A DNA stretch of 64,000 nt, taken from the NCBI GenBank assembly GCA_043228905.1, contig JBHGNT010000015.1:13082001-13146000 (forward strand). The letters run 5' to 3'. Every line of letters begins with the position of its first letter. The stretch's first letter is position 1. A program made the position numbers and the translations under genes. Positions 26,101 through 38,099 of this stretch are shown here, piece after piece. The stretch comes from Azolla caroliniana (lineage: Eukaryota > Plantae > Polypodiophyta). The notes beneath the pieces are model-generated. The model was given only the letters and a program-made list of their open reading frames with translations, was not told where the DNA came from and did not search any database.

Positions 26101-27821
26101 AAGAAACTTTATGGATATTCGAATGGTGAAGTTGTTAGGGAGCTTCGAAAATACTAACGAAGACCAGTTGATTATGGCCAATAGAGGTTTCGAACTTGCG
26201 ACTTTCGCGTTATTAGCACGACGCTCTAACCAACTGAGCTAATTGGCCATCTCTATTTTGTATATTTCCTAGCCTACACATTGAATGTTTCCTTTTCACA
26301 TTTTGAAAGTATACGAACACGTTATATACTCGTGCGACATGAATGAATACATAAATCTTTTCCAAACTTGTTGTAGAGGTTTCCTATTTGAGTTGCCTAT
26401 TCCTAATTATACAAAATCGTTATATACTCAATGGCCAATCTTGACAGTTATATATTTTATCTCAATTTTTGCCAATCTTAAAAGATATGTCTGGATTATA
26501 AGTTACAATTTTTTCCTAAACATCCATAACCAATCGACAATAATCTCGTCTTAATATGCGGCAACATATATACTTTTGTTTTAAATTTTTTTAGTCGTCA
26601 TCAAGAAACTTTATGGCTATTCAAATGGTGAAGTCATTAGGGAGCTTTGGAAATACTAACGAAGACCAATTGTTTGTGGCCAATGGAGGTTTCGAACCTG
26701 CGACCTTCGCGTTATTAGCACGACGCTCTAACCAACTGAGCTTATTGGCCATGTCTATTTTGTATATTTTCATCTCAATTTTAGCCAATCTTGAAAGATA
26801 TGTTTGGATTACAAGTTACAAATTTATGCTTAACGACCACGACCAATCGACAATAATCTCGTCTTAATATGAGGCAACATACATACTTTTGTTTTAAATT
26901 TTTCTAGTCGTCGTCAACAAACTTTATGGCTATTCGAATGGTGAAGTTGTTAGGGAGCTTCGGAAATACTAATCAAGACCAATTGATTGTGTCCAATGGA
27001 GGTTTCGAACCTGCGACCTTCGCGTTATTAGCACGACGCTCTAACCAACTGAGCTAATTGGCCATGTCTATTTTGTATATTTCCTACCCTACACATTGAA
27101 TGTTTCCTTTTCACATTCTGAAAGTATACGAAGACGTTATATACTCAATGAAAAATCTTGAAAGTTATATGAGAAGTTATAAATTTAATCTCAATTTTAG
27201 CCAATCATGAAAGATATCTTTGGATTACAATTTACAATTTTCTGCTAAACGAGCATAACCAATCGACAATAATCTCGTCTTAATATGAGGCAACATAGAT
27301 ACTTTTGTTTTAAATTTTTCTAGTCTTCGTCAAGAAACTTTATGGATATTCGAATGGTGAAGTTGTTAGGTAGCTTCGGAAATACTAATGACGACCAATT
27401 GATTGTGGCCAATGGAGGTTTCGAACCTGCGACCTTCGCGTTATTAGCACGACGCTCAAACCAACTGAGCTAATTGGCCATGTCTATTTTGTATATTTCC
27501 TAGCCTACAAATTGAATGTTTCCTTTTCACATTATGAAAGTATACGAAGACGTTATATACTCAATGGCCAATCTGCAAAGTTATATGAGAAGTTATATAT
27601 TTAATCTCATATTTAGCCAATCTTGAAACATATGTCTGGATTACAAGTTACAATGTTTTCCTACACGTGCATGACCAATCGACAATAATCTCTTCTTAAT
27701 ATGCAGCAACATACATACTTTTGTTTTAAATTTTTCTAGTCGTCGTCAACAAACTTTATAGCTATTCGAATGGTGAAGTCATTAGAGAGCTTGGGAAATA
27801 CTAACGAAGACCAGTTGATTC

Positions 27822-27895
27822 TGGCCAATGGAGGTTTCGAACCTGCGACCTTCGCGTTATTAGCACGACGCTCTAACCAACTGAGCTAATTGGCC
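27822..27895 (-). tRNA. tRNA-Ile(AAU), consensus copy
   Basis: Identical to the consensus. Confidence 0.9.
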
Positions 27896-30800
27896 ATCTC
27901 TATTTTGTATATCTCCAGGCCTACACATTGAATGTTTACTTTGCACATTTTGAAATTATACGAAAACGTTATATACTCGTGCGATATGAATCAATACATA
28001 AATCTTTTCCAACTTGTTGTAGAGGTTTCTTATTTGAGTTGCCTATTCCTAATTATCATTTTCTCTTTAACGTGTTGATGGAGTCTGTTATTATCGTTTT
28101 GTATGCGAAGTTATCATTTTATCCTAAAGAATCATACCCAATCAAGAATGATCGATTTGGACTAAAAGTTATGATTTTATCCTCAGGATATATAACCAAT
28201 CGTGAAAGTTCACGACTTATTATGGGTAAGTAGTTTACCTTTTGTTTTAATTTTTTCTATATGAAGTAAACCCAATCACGAAGGATGGTTTTGATCTATA
28301 AGTGATCAATCTATTCTCATGAAATATGCCCAATCATGAATGCTTATTTTCCTTTCCGAAGTTAATAATTTATTCTCAACAAGTATACCCAATCATGAAT
28401 GGTTATTTTTGGTTTCCTTTATTCAATTCGAAGTTATCACCTTGTATTCGAAGGAAACCAAATCCTGAAAGATAATTTCATACGAGAAGGTATATATTTA
28501 ATATCCATTACAGCCAATCTTGAAAGATATGTCTGGATTATAAGTTACAATTTTATCCTAAATGTGCATAACCAATCGACAATAATCCCGTCTTAATATG
28601 TGGCAACATACATACTTTTGTTTTAAATTTTTCTAGTCATCATCAAGAAACGTTATGGCTATTCAAATGGTGAAGTCATTTGGGAGGTTAGGAAATACTA
28701 ACGAAGACCAATTGTTTGTGGCCAATGGAGGTTTCGAACCTACGACCTTCGCATTATTAGCACGATGCTTTAACCAACTGAGCTAATTGGCCATGTCTAT
28801 TTTGTATATTGCCAAGCCTAGACATTGAATGTTTACTTTGCACATTTTGAAAGTATACGAAAACGTTATATACTCGTGTGATATGAATGAATACATAAAT
28901 CTTTTCCAAACTTGCTGTAGAGGTTTCCTATTCGAGTTGCCTATTCCTAATTATACAAATTCGTTATATACTCAATGGACAATCTTGAAAGTTATATATT
29001 TAATCTCAATTTTTGCCAATCTTAAAAGATATGTCTGGATTATAAGTTACAATTTCTTCCTAAACATGCATAACCAATCGACAATAATCTCGTCTTAATA
29101 TGCGGCAACATACATACTTTTGTTTTAAATTTTTCTAGTCGTCATCAAGAAACTTTATGGCTATTCAAATGGTGAAGTCATTAGTGAGCTTTGGAAATAC
29201 TAACGAAGACCAATTGTTTGTGGCCAATGGAGGTTTCGAACCTGCGACCTTCGCGTTATTAGCACGACGCTCTAACCAACTGAGCTTATTGGCCATGTCT
29301 ATTTTGTATATTTCCTAACCTACACATTGAATGTTTCCTTTTCACATTTTGAAAGTATACGAACACGTTATATACTCAATGAAAAATCTTGAAAGTTATT
29401 TGAGAAGTTATAAATTTAATCTCAATTTTAGCCAATCATGAAAGATATGTTTCGAATACAATTTACAATTTTCTGCTAAACGAGCATAACCAATCGACAA
29501 TAATCTCGTCTTAATATGAGGCAACATATAGACTTTTGTTTTAAATTTTTCTAGTCTTCGTCAAGAAACTTTATGGATATTCGAATGGTGAAGTTGTTAG
29601 GGAGCTTCGAAAATACTAATGAAGTCCAATTGATTGTGGCCAATGGAGGTTTCGACCCTGCGACCTCCGCATTATTAGCACGATGCTCTAACCAACTGAG
29701 CTAATTGGCCAGTTCTATTTTGTATATTTCCTAGCCTACACATTGAATGTTTCCTTTTCACATTCTGAAAGTATACGAAGACGTTATATCCTCAATGAAA
29801 AATCTTGAAAGTTATATGAGAAGTTATAAATTTAATCTCAATTTTAGCCAATCATGAAAGATATGTTTGGAATACAATTTACAATTTTCTGCTAAACGAG
29901 CATAACCAATCGACAATAATCTCGTCTTAATACGAGGCAACATATATACTTTTGTTTTAAATTTTTCTAGTCTTCGTCAAGAAACTTTATGGATATTCGA
30001 ATGGTGAAGTTGTTAGGGAGCTTCGAAAATACTAACGAAGACCAGTTGATTATGGCCAATAGAGGTTTCGAACTTGCGACTTTCGCGTTATTAGCACGAC
30101 GCTCTAACCAACTGAGCTAATTGGCCATCTCTATTTTGTATATTTCCTAGCCTACACATTGAATGTTTCCTTTTCACATTTTGAAAGTATACGAACACGT
30201 TATATACTCGTGCGACATGAATGAATACATAAATCTTTTCCAAACTTGTTGTAGAGGTTTCCTATTTGAGTTGCCTATTCCTAATTATACAAAATCGTTA
30301 TATACTCAATGGCCAATCTTTACAGTTATATATTTTATCTCAATTTTTGCCAATCTTAAAAGATATGTCTGGATTATAAGTTACAATTTTTTCCTAAACA
30401 TCCATAACCAATCGACAATAATCTCGTCTTAATATGCGGCAACATATATACTTTTGTTTTAAATTTTTTTAGTCGTCATCAAGAAACTTTATGGCTATTC
30501 AAATGGTGAAGTCATTAGGGAGCTTTGGAAATACTAACGAAGACCAATTGTTTGTGGCCAATGGAGGTTTCGAACCTGCGACCTTCGCGTTATTAGCACG
30601 ACGCTCTAACCAACTGAGCTTATTGGCCATGTCTATTTTGTATATTTTCATCTCAATTTTAGCCAATCTTGAAAGATATGTTTGGATTACAAGTTACAAA
30701 TTTATGCTTAACGACCACGACCAATCGACAATAATCTCGTCTTAATATGAGGCAACATACATACTTTTGTTTTAAATTTTTCTAGTCGTCGTCAACAAAC

Positions 30801-31699
30801 TTTATGGCTATTCGAATGGTGAAGTTGTTAGGGAGCTTCGGAAATACTAATCAAGACCAATTGATTGTGTCCAATGGAGGTTTCGAACCTGCGACCTTCG
30901 CGTTATTAGCACGACGCTCTAACCAACTGAGCTAATTGGCCATGTCTATTTTGTATATTTCCTAGCCTACACATTGAATGTTTCCTTTTCACATTCTGAA
31001 AGTATACGAAGACGTTATATACTCAATGAAAAATCATGAAAGTTATATGAGAAGTTATAAATTTAATCTCAATTTTAGCCAATCATGAAAGATATCTTTG
31101 GATTACAATTTACAATTTTCTGCTAAACGAGCATAACCAATCGACAATAATCTCGTCTTAATATGAGGCAACATAGATACTTTTGTTTTAAATTTTTCTA
31201 GTCTTCGTCAAGAAACTTTATGGATATTCGAATGGTGAAGTTGTTAGGGAGCTTCGGAAATACTAATGACGACCAATTGATTGTGGCCAATGGAGGTTTC
31301 GAACCTGCGACCTTCGCATTATTAGCACGACGCTCAAACCAACTGAGCTAATTGGCCATGTCTATTTTGTATATTTCCTAGCCTACAAATTGAATGTTTC
31401 CTTTTCACATTATGAAAGTATACGAAGACGTTATATACTCAATGGCCAATCTGCAAAGTTATATGAGAAGTTATATATTTAATCTCATATTTAGCCAATC
31501 TTGAAATATATGTCTGGATTACAAGTTACAATGTTTTCCTAAACGTGCATGACCAACCGACAATAATCTCTTCTTAATATGCAGCAACATACATACTTTT
31601 GTTTTAAATTTTTCTACTCGTCGTCAACAAACTTTATAGCTATTCGAATGGTGAAGTCATTAGAGAGCTTGGGAAATACTAACGAAGACCAGTTGATTC

Positions 31700-31773
31700 T
31701 GGCCAATGGAGGTTTCGAACCTGCGACCTTCGCGTTATTAGCACGACGCTCTAACCAACTGAGCTAATTGGCC
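31700..31773 (-). tRNA. tRNA-Ile(AAU), consensus copy
   Basis: Identical to the consensus. Confidence 0.9.
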
Positions 31774-34700
31774 ATCTCTATTTTGGATATTGCCAAGCCT
31801 ACACATTGAATGTTTACTTTGCACATTTTGAAATTATACGAAAACGTTATATACTCGTGCGATATGAATCAATACATAAATCTTTTCCAACTTGTTGTAG
31901 AGGTTTCTTATTTGAGTTGCCTATTCCTAATTATCATTTTCTCTTTAACGTGTTGATGGAGTCTGTTATTATCGTTTTGTATGCGAAGTTATCATTTTAT
32001 CCTAAAGAATCATACCCAATCAAGAATGATCGATTTGGACTAAAAGTTATGATTTTATCCTCAGGATATATAACCAATCGTGAAAGTTCACGACTTATTA
32101 TGGGTAAGTAGTTTACCTTTTGTTTTAATTTTTTCTATATGAAGTAAACCCAATCACGAAGGATGGTTTTGATCTATAAGTGATCAATCTATTCTCATGA
32201 AATATGCCCAATCATGAATGCTTATTTTCCTTTCCGAAGTTAATAATTTATTCTCAACAAGTATACCCAATCATGAATGGTTATTTTTGGTTTCCTTTAT
32301 TCAATTCGAAGTTATCACCTTGTATTCGAAGGAAACCAAATCCTGAAAGATAATTTCATACGAGAAGGTATATATTTAATATCCATTACAGCCAATCTTG
32401 AAAGATATGTCTGGATTATAAGTTACAATTTTATCCTAAATGTGCATAACCAATCGACAATAATCCCGTCTTAATATGCGGCAACATACATACTTTTGTT
32501 TTAAATTTTTCTAGTCATCATCAAGAAACGTTATGGCTATTCAAATGGTGAAGTCATTAGGGAGGTTAGGAAATACTAACGAAGACCAATTGTTTGTGGC
32601 CAATGGAGGTTTCGAACCTACGACCTTCGCATTATTAGCACGATGCTTTAACCAACTGAGCTAATTGGCCATGTCTATTTTGTATATTGCCAAGCCTAGA
32701 CATTGAATGTTTACTTTGCACATTTTGAAAGTATACGAAAACGTTATATACTCGTGTGATATGAATGAATACATAAATCTTTTCCAAACTTGCTGTAGAG
32801 GTTTCCTATTCGAGTTGCCTATTCCTAATTATACAAATTCGTTATATACTCAATGGACAATCTTGAAAGTTATATATTTAATCTCAATTTTTGCCAATCT
32901 TAAAAGATATGTCTGGATTATAAGTTACAATTTCTTCCTAAACATGCATAACCAATCGACAATAATCTCGTCTTAATATGCGGCAACATACATACTTTTG
33001 TTTTAAATTTTTCTAGTCGTCATCAAGAAACTTTATGGCTATTCAAATGGTGAAGTCATTAGTGAGCTTTGGAAATACTAACGAAGACCAATTGTTTGTG
33101 GCCAATGGAGGTTTCGAACCTGCGACCTTCGCGTTATTAGCACGACGCTCTAACCAACTGAGCTTATTGGCCATGTCTATTTTGTATATTTCCTAGCCTA
33201 CACATTGAATGTTTCCTTTTCACATTTTGAAAGTATACGAACACGTTATATACTCAATGGCCAATCTGGAAAGTTATATGAGAAGTTATATATTTAATCT
33301 CAATTTTAGACAATCTTGAAAGATATGTTTAGATTACAAGTTTCAATTTTATGCTAAACGAGCATGACCAATAGACAATAATCTCGTCTTAATATGAGGC
33401 AACATACATACTTTTGTTTTAAATTTTTCTAGTCGTCGTCAAGAAACTTTATGGCTATTCGAATGGTGAAGTTGTTAGAGAGCTTCGGAAATAATAATCA
33501 AGACCAATTGATTGTGGCCAATGGAGGTTTCGAACCTGCGACCTTCGCGTTATTAGCACGACGCTCTGACCAACTGAGCTAATTGGCCAGTTCTATTTTG
33601 TATATTTCCTAGCCTACACATTGAATGTTTCCTTTTCACATTCTGAAAGTATACGAAGACGTTATATACTCAATGGCCAATCTTGAAAGTTATATGAGAA
33701 GTTATATATTTAATCTCATATTTAGTCAATCTTGAAACATATGTCTGGATTACAAGTTACAATTTTATCCTAAACGTGCATGACCAATCGACAATAATCT
33801 CTTCTTAATATGCGGCAACATACATACTTTTGATTTAAATTTTTCTAGTCGTCGTCAACAAACTTTACAGCTATTCAAATGGTGAAGTCATTAGAGAGCT
33901 TGGGAAATACTAACGAAGACCAGTTGATTCTGGCCAATGGAGGTTTCGACCCTGCGACCTTCGCGTTATTAGCACGGCGCTCTAACCAACTGAGCTAATT
34001 GGCCCTGTCTATTTTGTATATTGCCAAGCCTACACATTGAATGTTTACTTTGCACATTTTGAAAGTATACGAAAACGTTATATACTTGTGCGATATGAAT
34101 GAATACATAAATCTTTTCTAACTTGTTGGAGAGGTTTCCTATTTGAGTTGCCTATTCCTAATTATCATTTTGTCCTTAACGTGTCGATGGAGTCTCTTAT
34201 TATCGTTTTGTATGCGAAGTTATCATTTTATCCTAAAGAAGCATACCCAATCAACAATGATCGATTTGGACTAAAAGTTATGATTTTATCCTCAGGATAT
34301 ATACCCAGTCGTGAAAGTTCACGACTTATTATGGGTAAGTAGTTTACCTTTTGTTTTAAATTTTTCTATCTGAAGTAAACCCAATCGCGAAGGATGATTT
34401 TGATCTATAAGTGATCAATCTATTCTCAAGAAATATGCCCAATCATGAATGCTTATTTTCCTTTTCGAAGTTAATAATTTATTCTCAACAAGTATACCCA
34501 ATCATGAATGGTCATTTTTGGTTTCCTTTATTCAATAAGTTATAAGTTACAATTTTAAATTACAATTTTATCCTAAATGTGCATACCAATCGACAATAAT
34601 CTCGCCACACCTTCATATGCGGCAACATACATACTTCTATTTTAAATTTTTCTAGTCGTCGTCAACAAACTTGATGGCTATTCGAATGGTGAAGTCGTTA

Positions 34701-36050
34701 GAGAGCTTGGGAATTACTAACGAAGACCAATTGATTGTGGCCAATGGAGGTTTCGAACCTGCGACCTTCGCGTTATTAGCATGACGCTTTAACCAACTGA
34801 GCTAATCGGCTATCTCTATTTGTATATTGCCAAGTCTACACATTGAAGGTTTCCTTTTCACATTTTGGAAGTATACGAAAACGTTATATACTCGTGCGAC
34901 ATGAATGAATAAATAAATCTTCTCCTAACTTGTTGTAGGGGTTTCCTATTTGTGTTGCCTATTCCTAATTATCATTTTATCCTTAATGTGTAAATGGAGT
35001 CTCTAATGATTGTTTTGTATTCGAAGTTATCATTTTTTCCTAAAGTAGCATACCCAATGAAGAATGATTGATTGGGACTAAAAGTTATGATTTTATCCTA
35101 AGGATATATACCCAATCGTGAAAGTGCACAACTTAATATGGGTAAGTAGTTTACCTGTTGTTTTTAATTTTTCTATTTGAAGTAAACCCAATCGCGTAGG
35201 ATGATTTTGATCTATAAGTGATCAATCTATTCTCAAGAAATATGCCCAATCATGAATGATTATTTTCCTTTTCGAAGTTAATAATTTATTGTCAACAAGT
35301 ATACCCAATCTTGAATGGTCATTTTTGGTTTCCATTATTCAATTCGAAGTTATCACTTTGTATTCGAAGGAAACCAAATCTTGAAAGATAATTTCATATG
35401 ACAAGTTATATATTTAATCTCAATTTTAGCCAATCTTTAAAGACATGTCTGCATTATAAGTTACAATTTTATGCTAAACGTGGATAACCAATCGACAATA
35501 ATGTCACCTTAATATGCGGCACCATACATACTTTTGTTTTAAATTTTTCTAGTCATCGTGAACAAACATTATGACTATTCGAATAGTGAAGTCGTTAGAG
35601 AGCTTGGGAAATACTAATGAATACCAATTGATTGTGGCCAATGGAGGTTTCGAACCTATGACCTTCGCGTTATTAGCACGACACTCTAACCAACTGAGCT
35701 AATTGGCCATGTCTATTTTACATTATGCCAAGCCTACAGATTGAATGTTTCCTTTTCACATTTTGAATGTATACATAAACGTTATATACTCAATGGCCAA
35801 TCTTGAAAGTTATATGAGAAGTTATATATTTAATCTCAATTTTACCCAATCTTGAAAGATATGTCTGGATTATAAGTTACAATTTTATCCTAAATGTGCA
35901 TCACCAATCGACAATAATCTCGTCTTAATATGCGGCAACATACATACTTTTGTTTTAAATTTTTCTAGTCATAGTCAAGAAACTTTATGGCTATTCGAAT
36001 GGTGAAGTCATTGGAGAGCTTGGGAAATACTAACGAAGACCAATTGATTG

Positions 36051-36124
36051 TGGCCAATGGAGGTTTCGAACCTGCGACCTTCGCGTTATTAGCACGATGC
36101 TCTAACCAACTGAGCTAATTGGCC
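36051..36124 (-). tRNA. tRNA-Ile(AAU), last copy of the array
   Basis: Consensus except for one substitution (G26>A). Confidence 0.85.
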
Positions 36125-36451
36125 ATTTCTATTTTGTATATTGGCAAGCCTACATATTGAATGTTTACTTTTCACATTTTGAAAGTATATGAAAACGTTA
36201 TATACTCGTGCGACATGAATGAATACATAAATCTTTTCCAAACTTGTTGTAGAGGTTTCCTATTTGAGTTGCCTATTCCTAATTATACAAAATCGTTATA
36301 TACTCAATGGCCAATCTTGAAAGTTATATATTTAATTTCAATTTTAGCCAATCTTAAAAGATATGTCTGGATTATAAGTTACAATTTTATCCTAAACGTG
36401 CATAACCAATATACAATAATCTCGCCTTAATATGCGGCAACATACATACTT

Positions 36452-36960
36452 TGTAAGTGCATTAATATCGTATCCTGTTTATTTGTTTCTTCCATCGTCG
36501 TGAGGTTATAACTCAGTTGTGGCCGAGAGCGATTCTTATCATACTGGAATCAGAGCTTGTGTGATAAGCTTCAACAGAGGGGAAAAAATTGAAGGTTCAT
36601 TCAATGGCATGTTCAAGTGCATTGGCTCCAACTACCCAATGTGGAAGTCGAAGATGAGGGAAATGCTAGTGGTTAAAGATCTTTGGATGCTGGTATCAGA
36701 GCTTGTGTTATAAGCTTCAATAGAAGAACGAAAATCGAAGGGTCATTCAGTGGCATGTTCAAGAGCATTGGCTCCAACTACCCAATGTGGAACTCGAAGA
36801 TGAGGGACATGTTAGTGGTTAAAGATCTTTGGCTACTAGTACAATTTGGAGACAAAAGACCAGACAAGATCAATGCAGCAACCTGGGAAGTAATGCATAT
36901 GAAGACAACGACATACATAAGATGCTTCATCAACATGTGCCTTTACAATAACTTTATCAG
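36452..36960 (+). mobile_element. Copia 5' remnant: short LTR-like segment, tRNA-iMet PBS and gag N-terminus (partly duplicated)
   Basis: TGTAAG...CTTATCA (36452-36541) is followed by TGGAATCAGAGC (36545-36556) and a second, perfect TGGTATCAGAGC (36691-36702). The gag-like peptide GSNYPMWKSKMREMLVVKDLW follows each PBS. Confidence 0.75.
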
Positions 36961-37880
36961 TTGGAGAAGGACAGGAATCTAGACTTCCGAACAGTCTGAT
37001 TTCCTTCCAACTCAGTGGACCAAATCTGGATTGGCTGACCTAGGGTGGCCAACCAGATGAGAAGCTGGTGAGCAACGAAGACTCGGTCGTGCAGTCCCTA
37101 CGCTAGAAGCCAAGGAGATGTCTTACGCGCAAGGAGAAGGGGAAGATGAAGATGCCAGGATATGGAACAGAGGCCAAAATGTGAGATCAAGGGGAATCCG
37201 ACACGACTGGTTCGAAAATGGACCTCCAAAGTTGACGTCGGAGTCAACCAAGAGGGCCATAAAATTGGCGAACTAGAAGTTGCCCCGATCCACCAGCCAA
37301 AAGAACCTCGTAATCCAATATGGGTACAATGAATATATGGTTTATCACAATGCATATATGGAAAAAATGGCAGAAGTGCATGAGCTAGAGAGCCACGCAG
37401 AGGCGGCGAAGGATGCCAATTGGCGAGCTGCAATGGAGGAAGAGATGTGTGCCTTAGCGGAGAATGAGACAAGGGACTTGGTTGAAACCCCCAAAGGAGT
37501 GAAGCCGATCAGATGTAGGTGGTTATACAAAGTAAAGTACAACGCTGATATCTCTGTCAACCGATACAAGACCCGACTAGTGACCAAGGGCTACACGCAG
37601 CAACACAACATCGATTATGATGAGACATTTGCGTCGGTCGCAAAGATGTCGACCATCTGGGTGTTGTTGGCGGTGCAACGGCTAGGGAATCACATTTGCA
37701 CTAGATGGACGTGAAGAACATGTTCTTGCAAGGAGACCTTGGGGAACAAGTGTATATGATGTAGCCTCCCAAATTTCAAATCAGAATGAACGAGTCGACC
37801 GTCTGCTAACTGAAGAACTCCCTTTATGGATTGAAGCAAGCCCCCCGTGCTTGGAATGCAAAGATCACGCAGAGATTGCT

Positions 37881-38099
37881 TGTGAATGTTAATGTGCGGA
37901 AGCGTCAGACAGAACCGGCTCACTGGATAGCAACAGAGAGAGAGAGAGAGAGAGATTAACACACAGAAGGTACGTAGGAGAGACAGAGACAGAGCGAGAG
38001 CAAAACAACTTAAATCTATTATAAACAACTCTTTAAAATTCTTTGTACATACAAAGTGCTCAATAGCACTATTTATACAAGTCCTGAGAGGACTGACAG
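37881..38099 (-). repeat. Truncated 3' LTR of the nested copia element
   Basis: Matches 40496 to ~40709; homology stops at ...gaggactgacag. Confidence 0.9.

Larger units (their letters stand above)
24483..33258. repeat. Higher-order repeat 2: 3878-bp unit, 8 tRNAs, ~2.3 copies
   Basis: Spacings 502+416+416+502+313+416+416+897 sum to 3878. ORFs recur at +3878 (26285/30163, 27928/31806, 28399/32277). Confidence 0.93.
1690..36451 (-). repeat. Tandem tRNA-Ile satellite array, 69 tRNA-bearing monomers
   Basis: The 74-nt tRNA units start (+ coordinates) at 1926, 2342, 3236, 3738, 4241, 4554, 4970, 5386, 6251, 6666, 7082, 7498, 7914, 8309, 8725, 9621. The 12 copies 4241-9621 recur at +5882 and +11764. 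Then 21887, 22200, 22616, 23032, 23897, 24312, 24842, 25343, 25759, 26175, 26677, 26990, 27406, 27822, 28719, 29221, 29637, 30053, 30555, 30868, 31284, 31700, 32597, 33099, 33515, 33931, 34738, 35635, 36051. All are head-to-tail on the minus strand. Confidence 0.97.

Noticed and set aside
2599-36430. Recurrent 60-101 aa ORFs in the array (MFPFHILKV..., MAIQMVKSL..., MNVYFAHF...)
   Set aside because: They are chance ORFs in AT-rich repeats or antisense tRNA translations (GFEPATFALLARRSNQLS), and they open and close between monomers.
1690-36451. CRISPR-like array
   Set aside because: The spacers are homologous to each other and hundreds of bp long, the conserved unit is a tRNA, there are no cas genes, and the context is eukaryotic.
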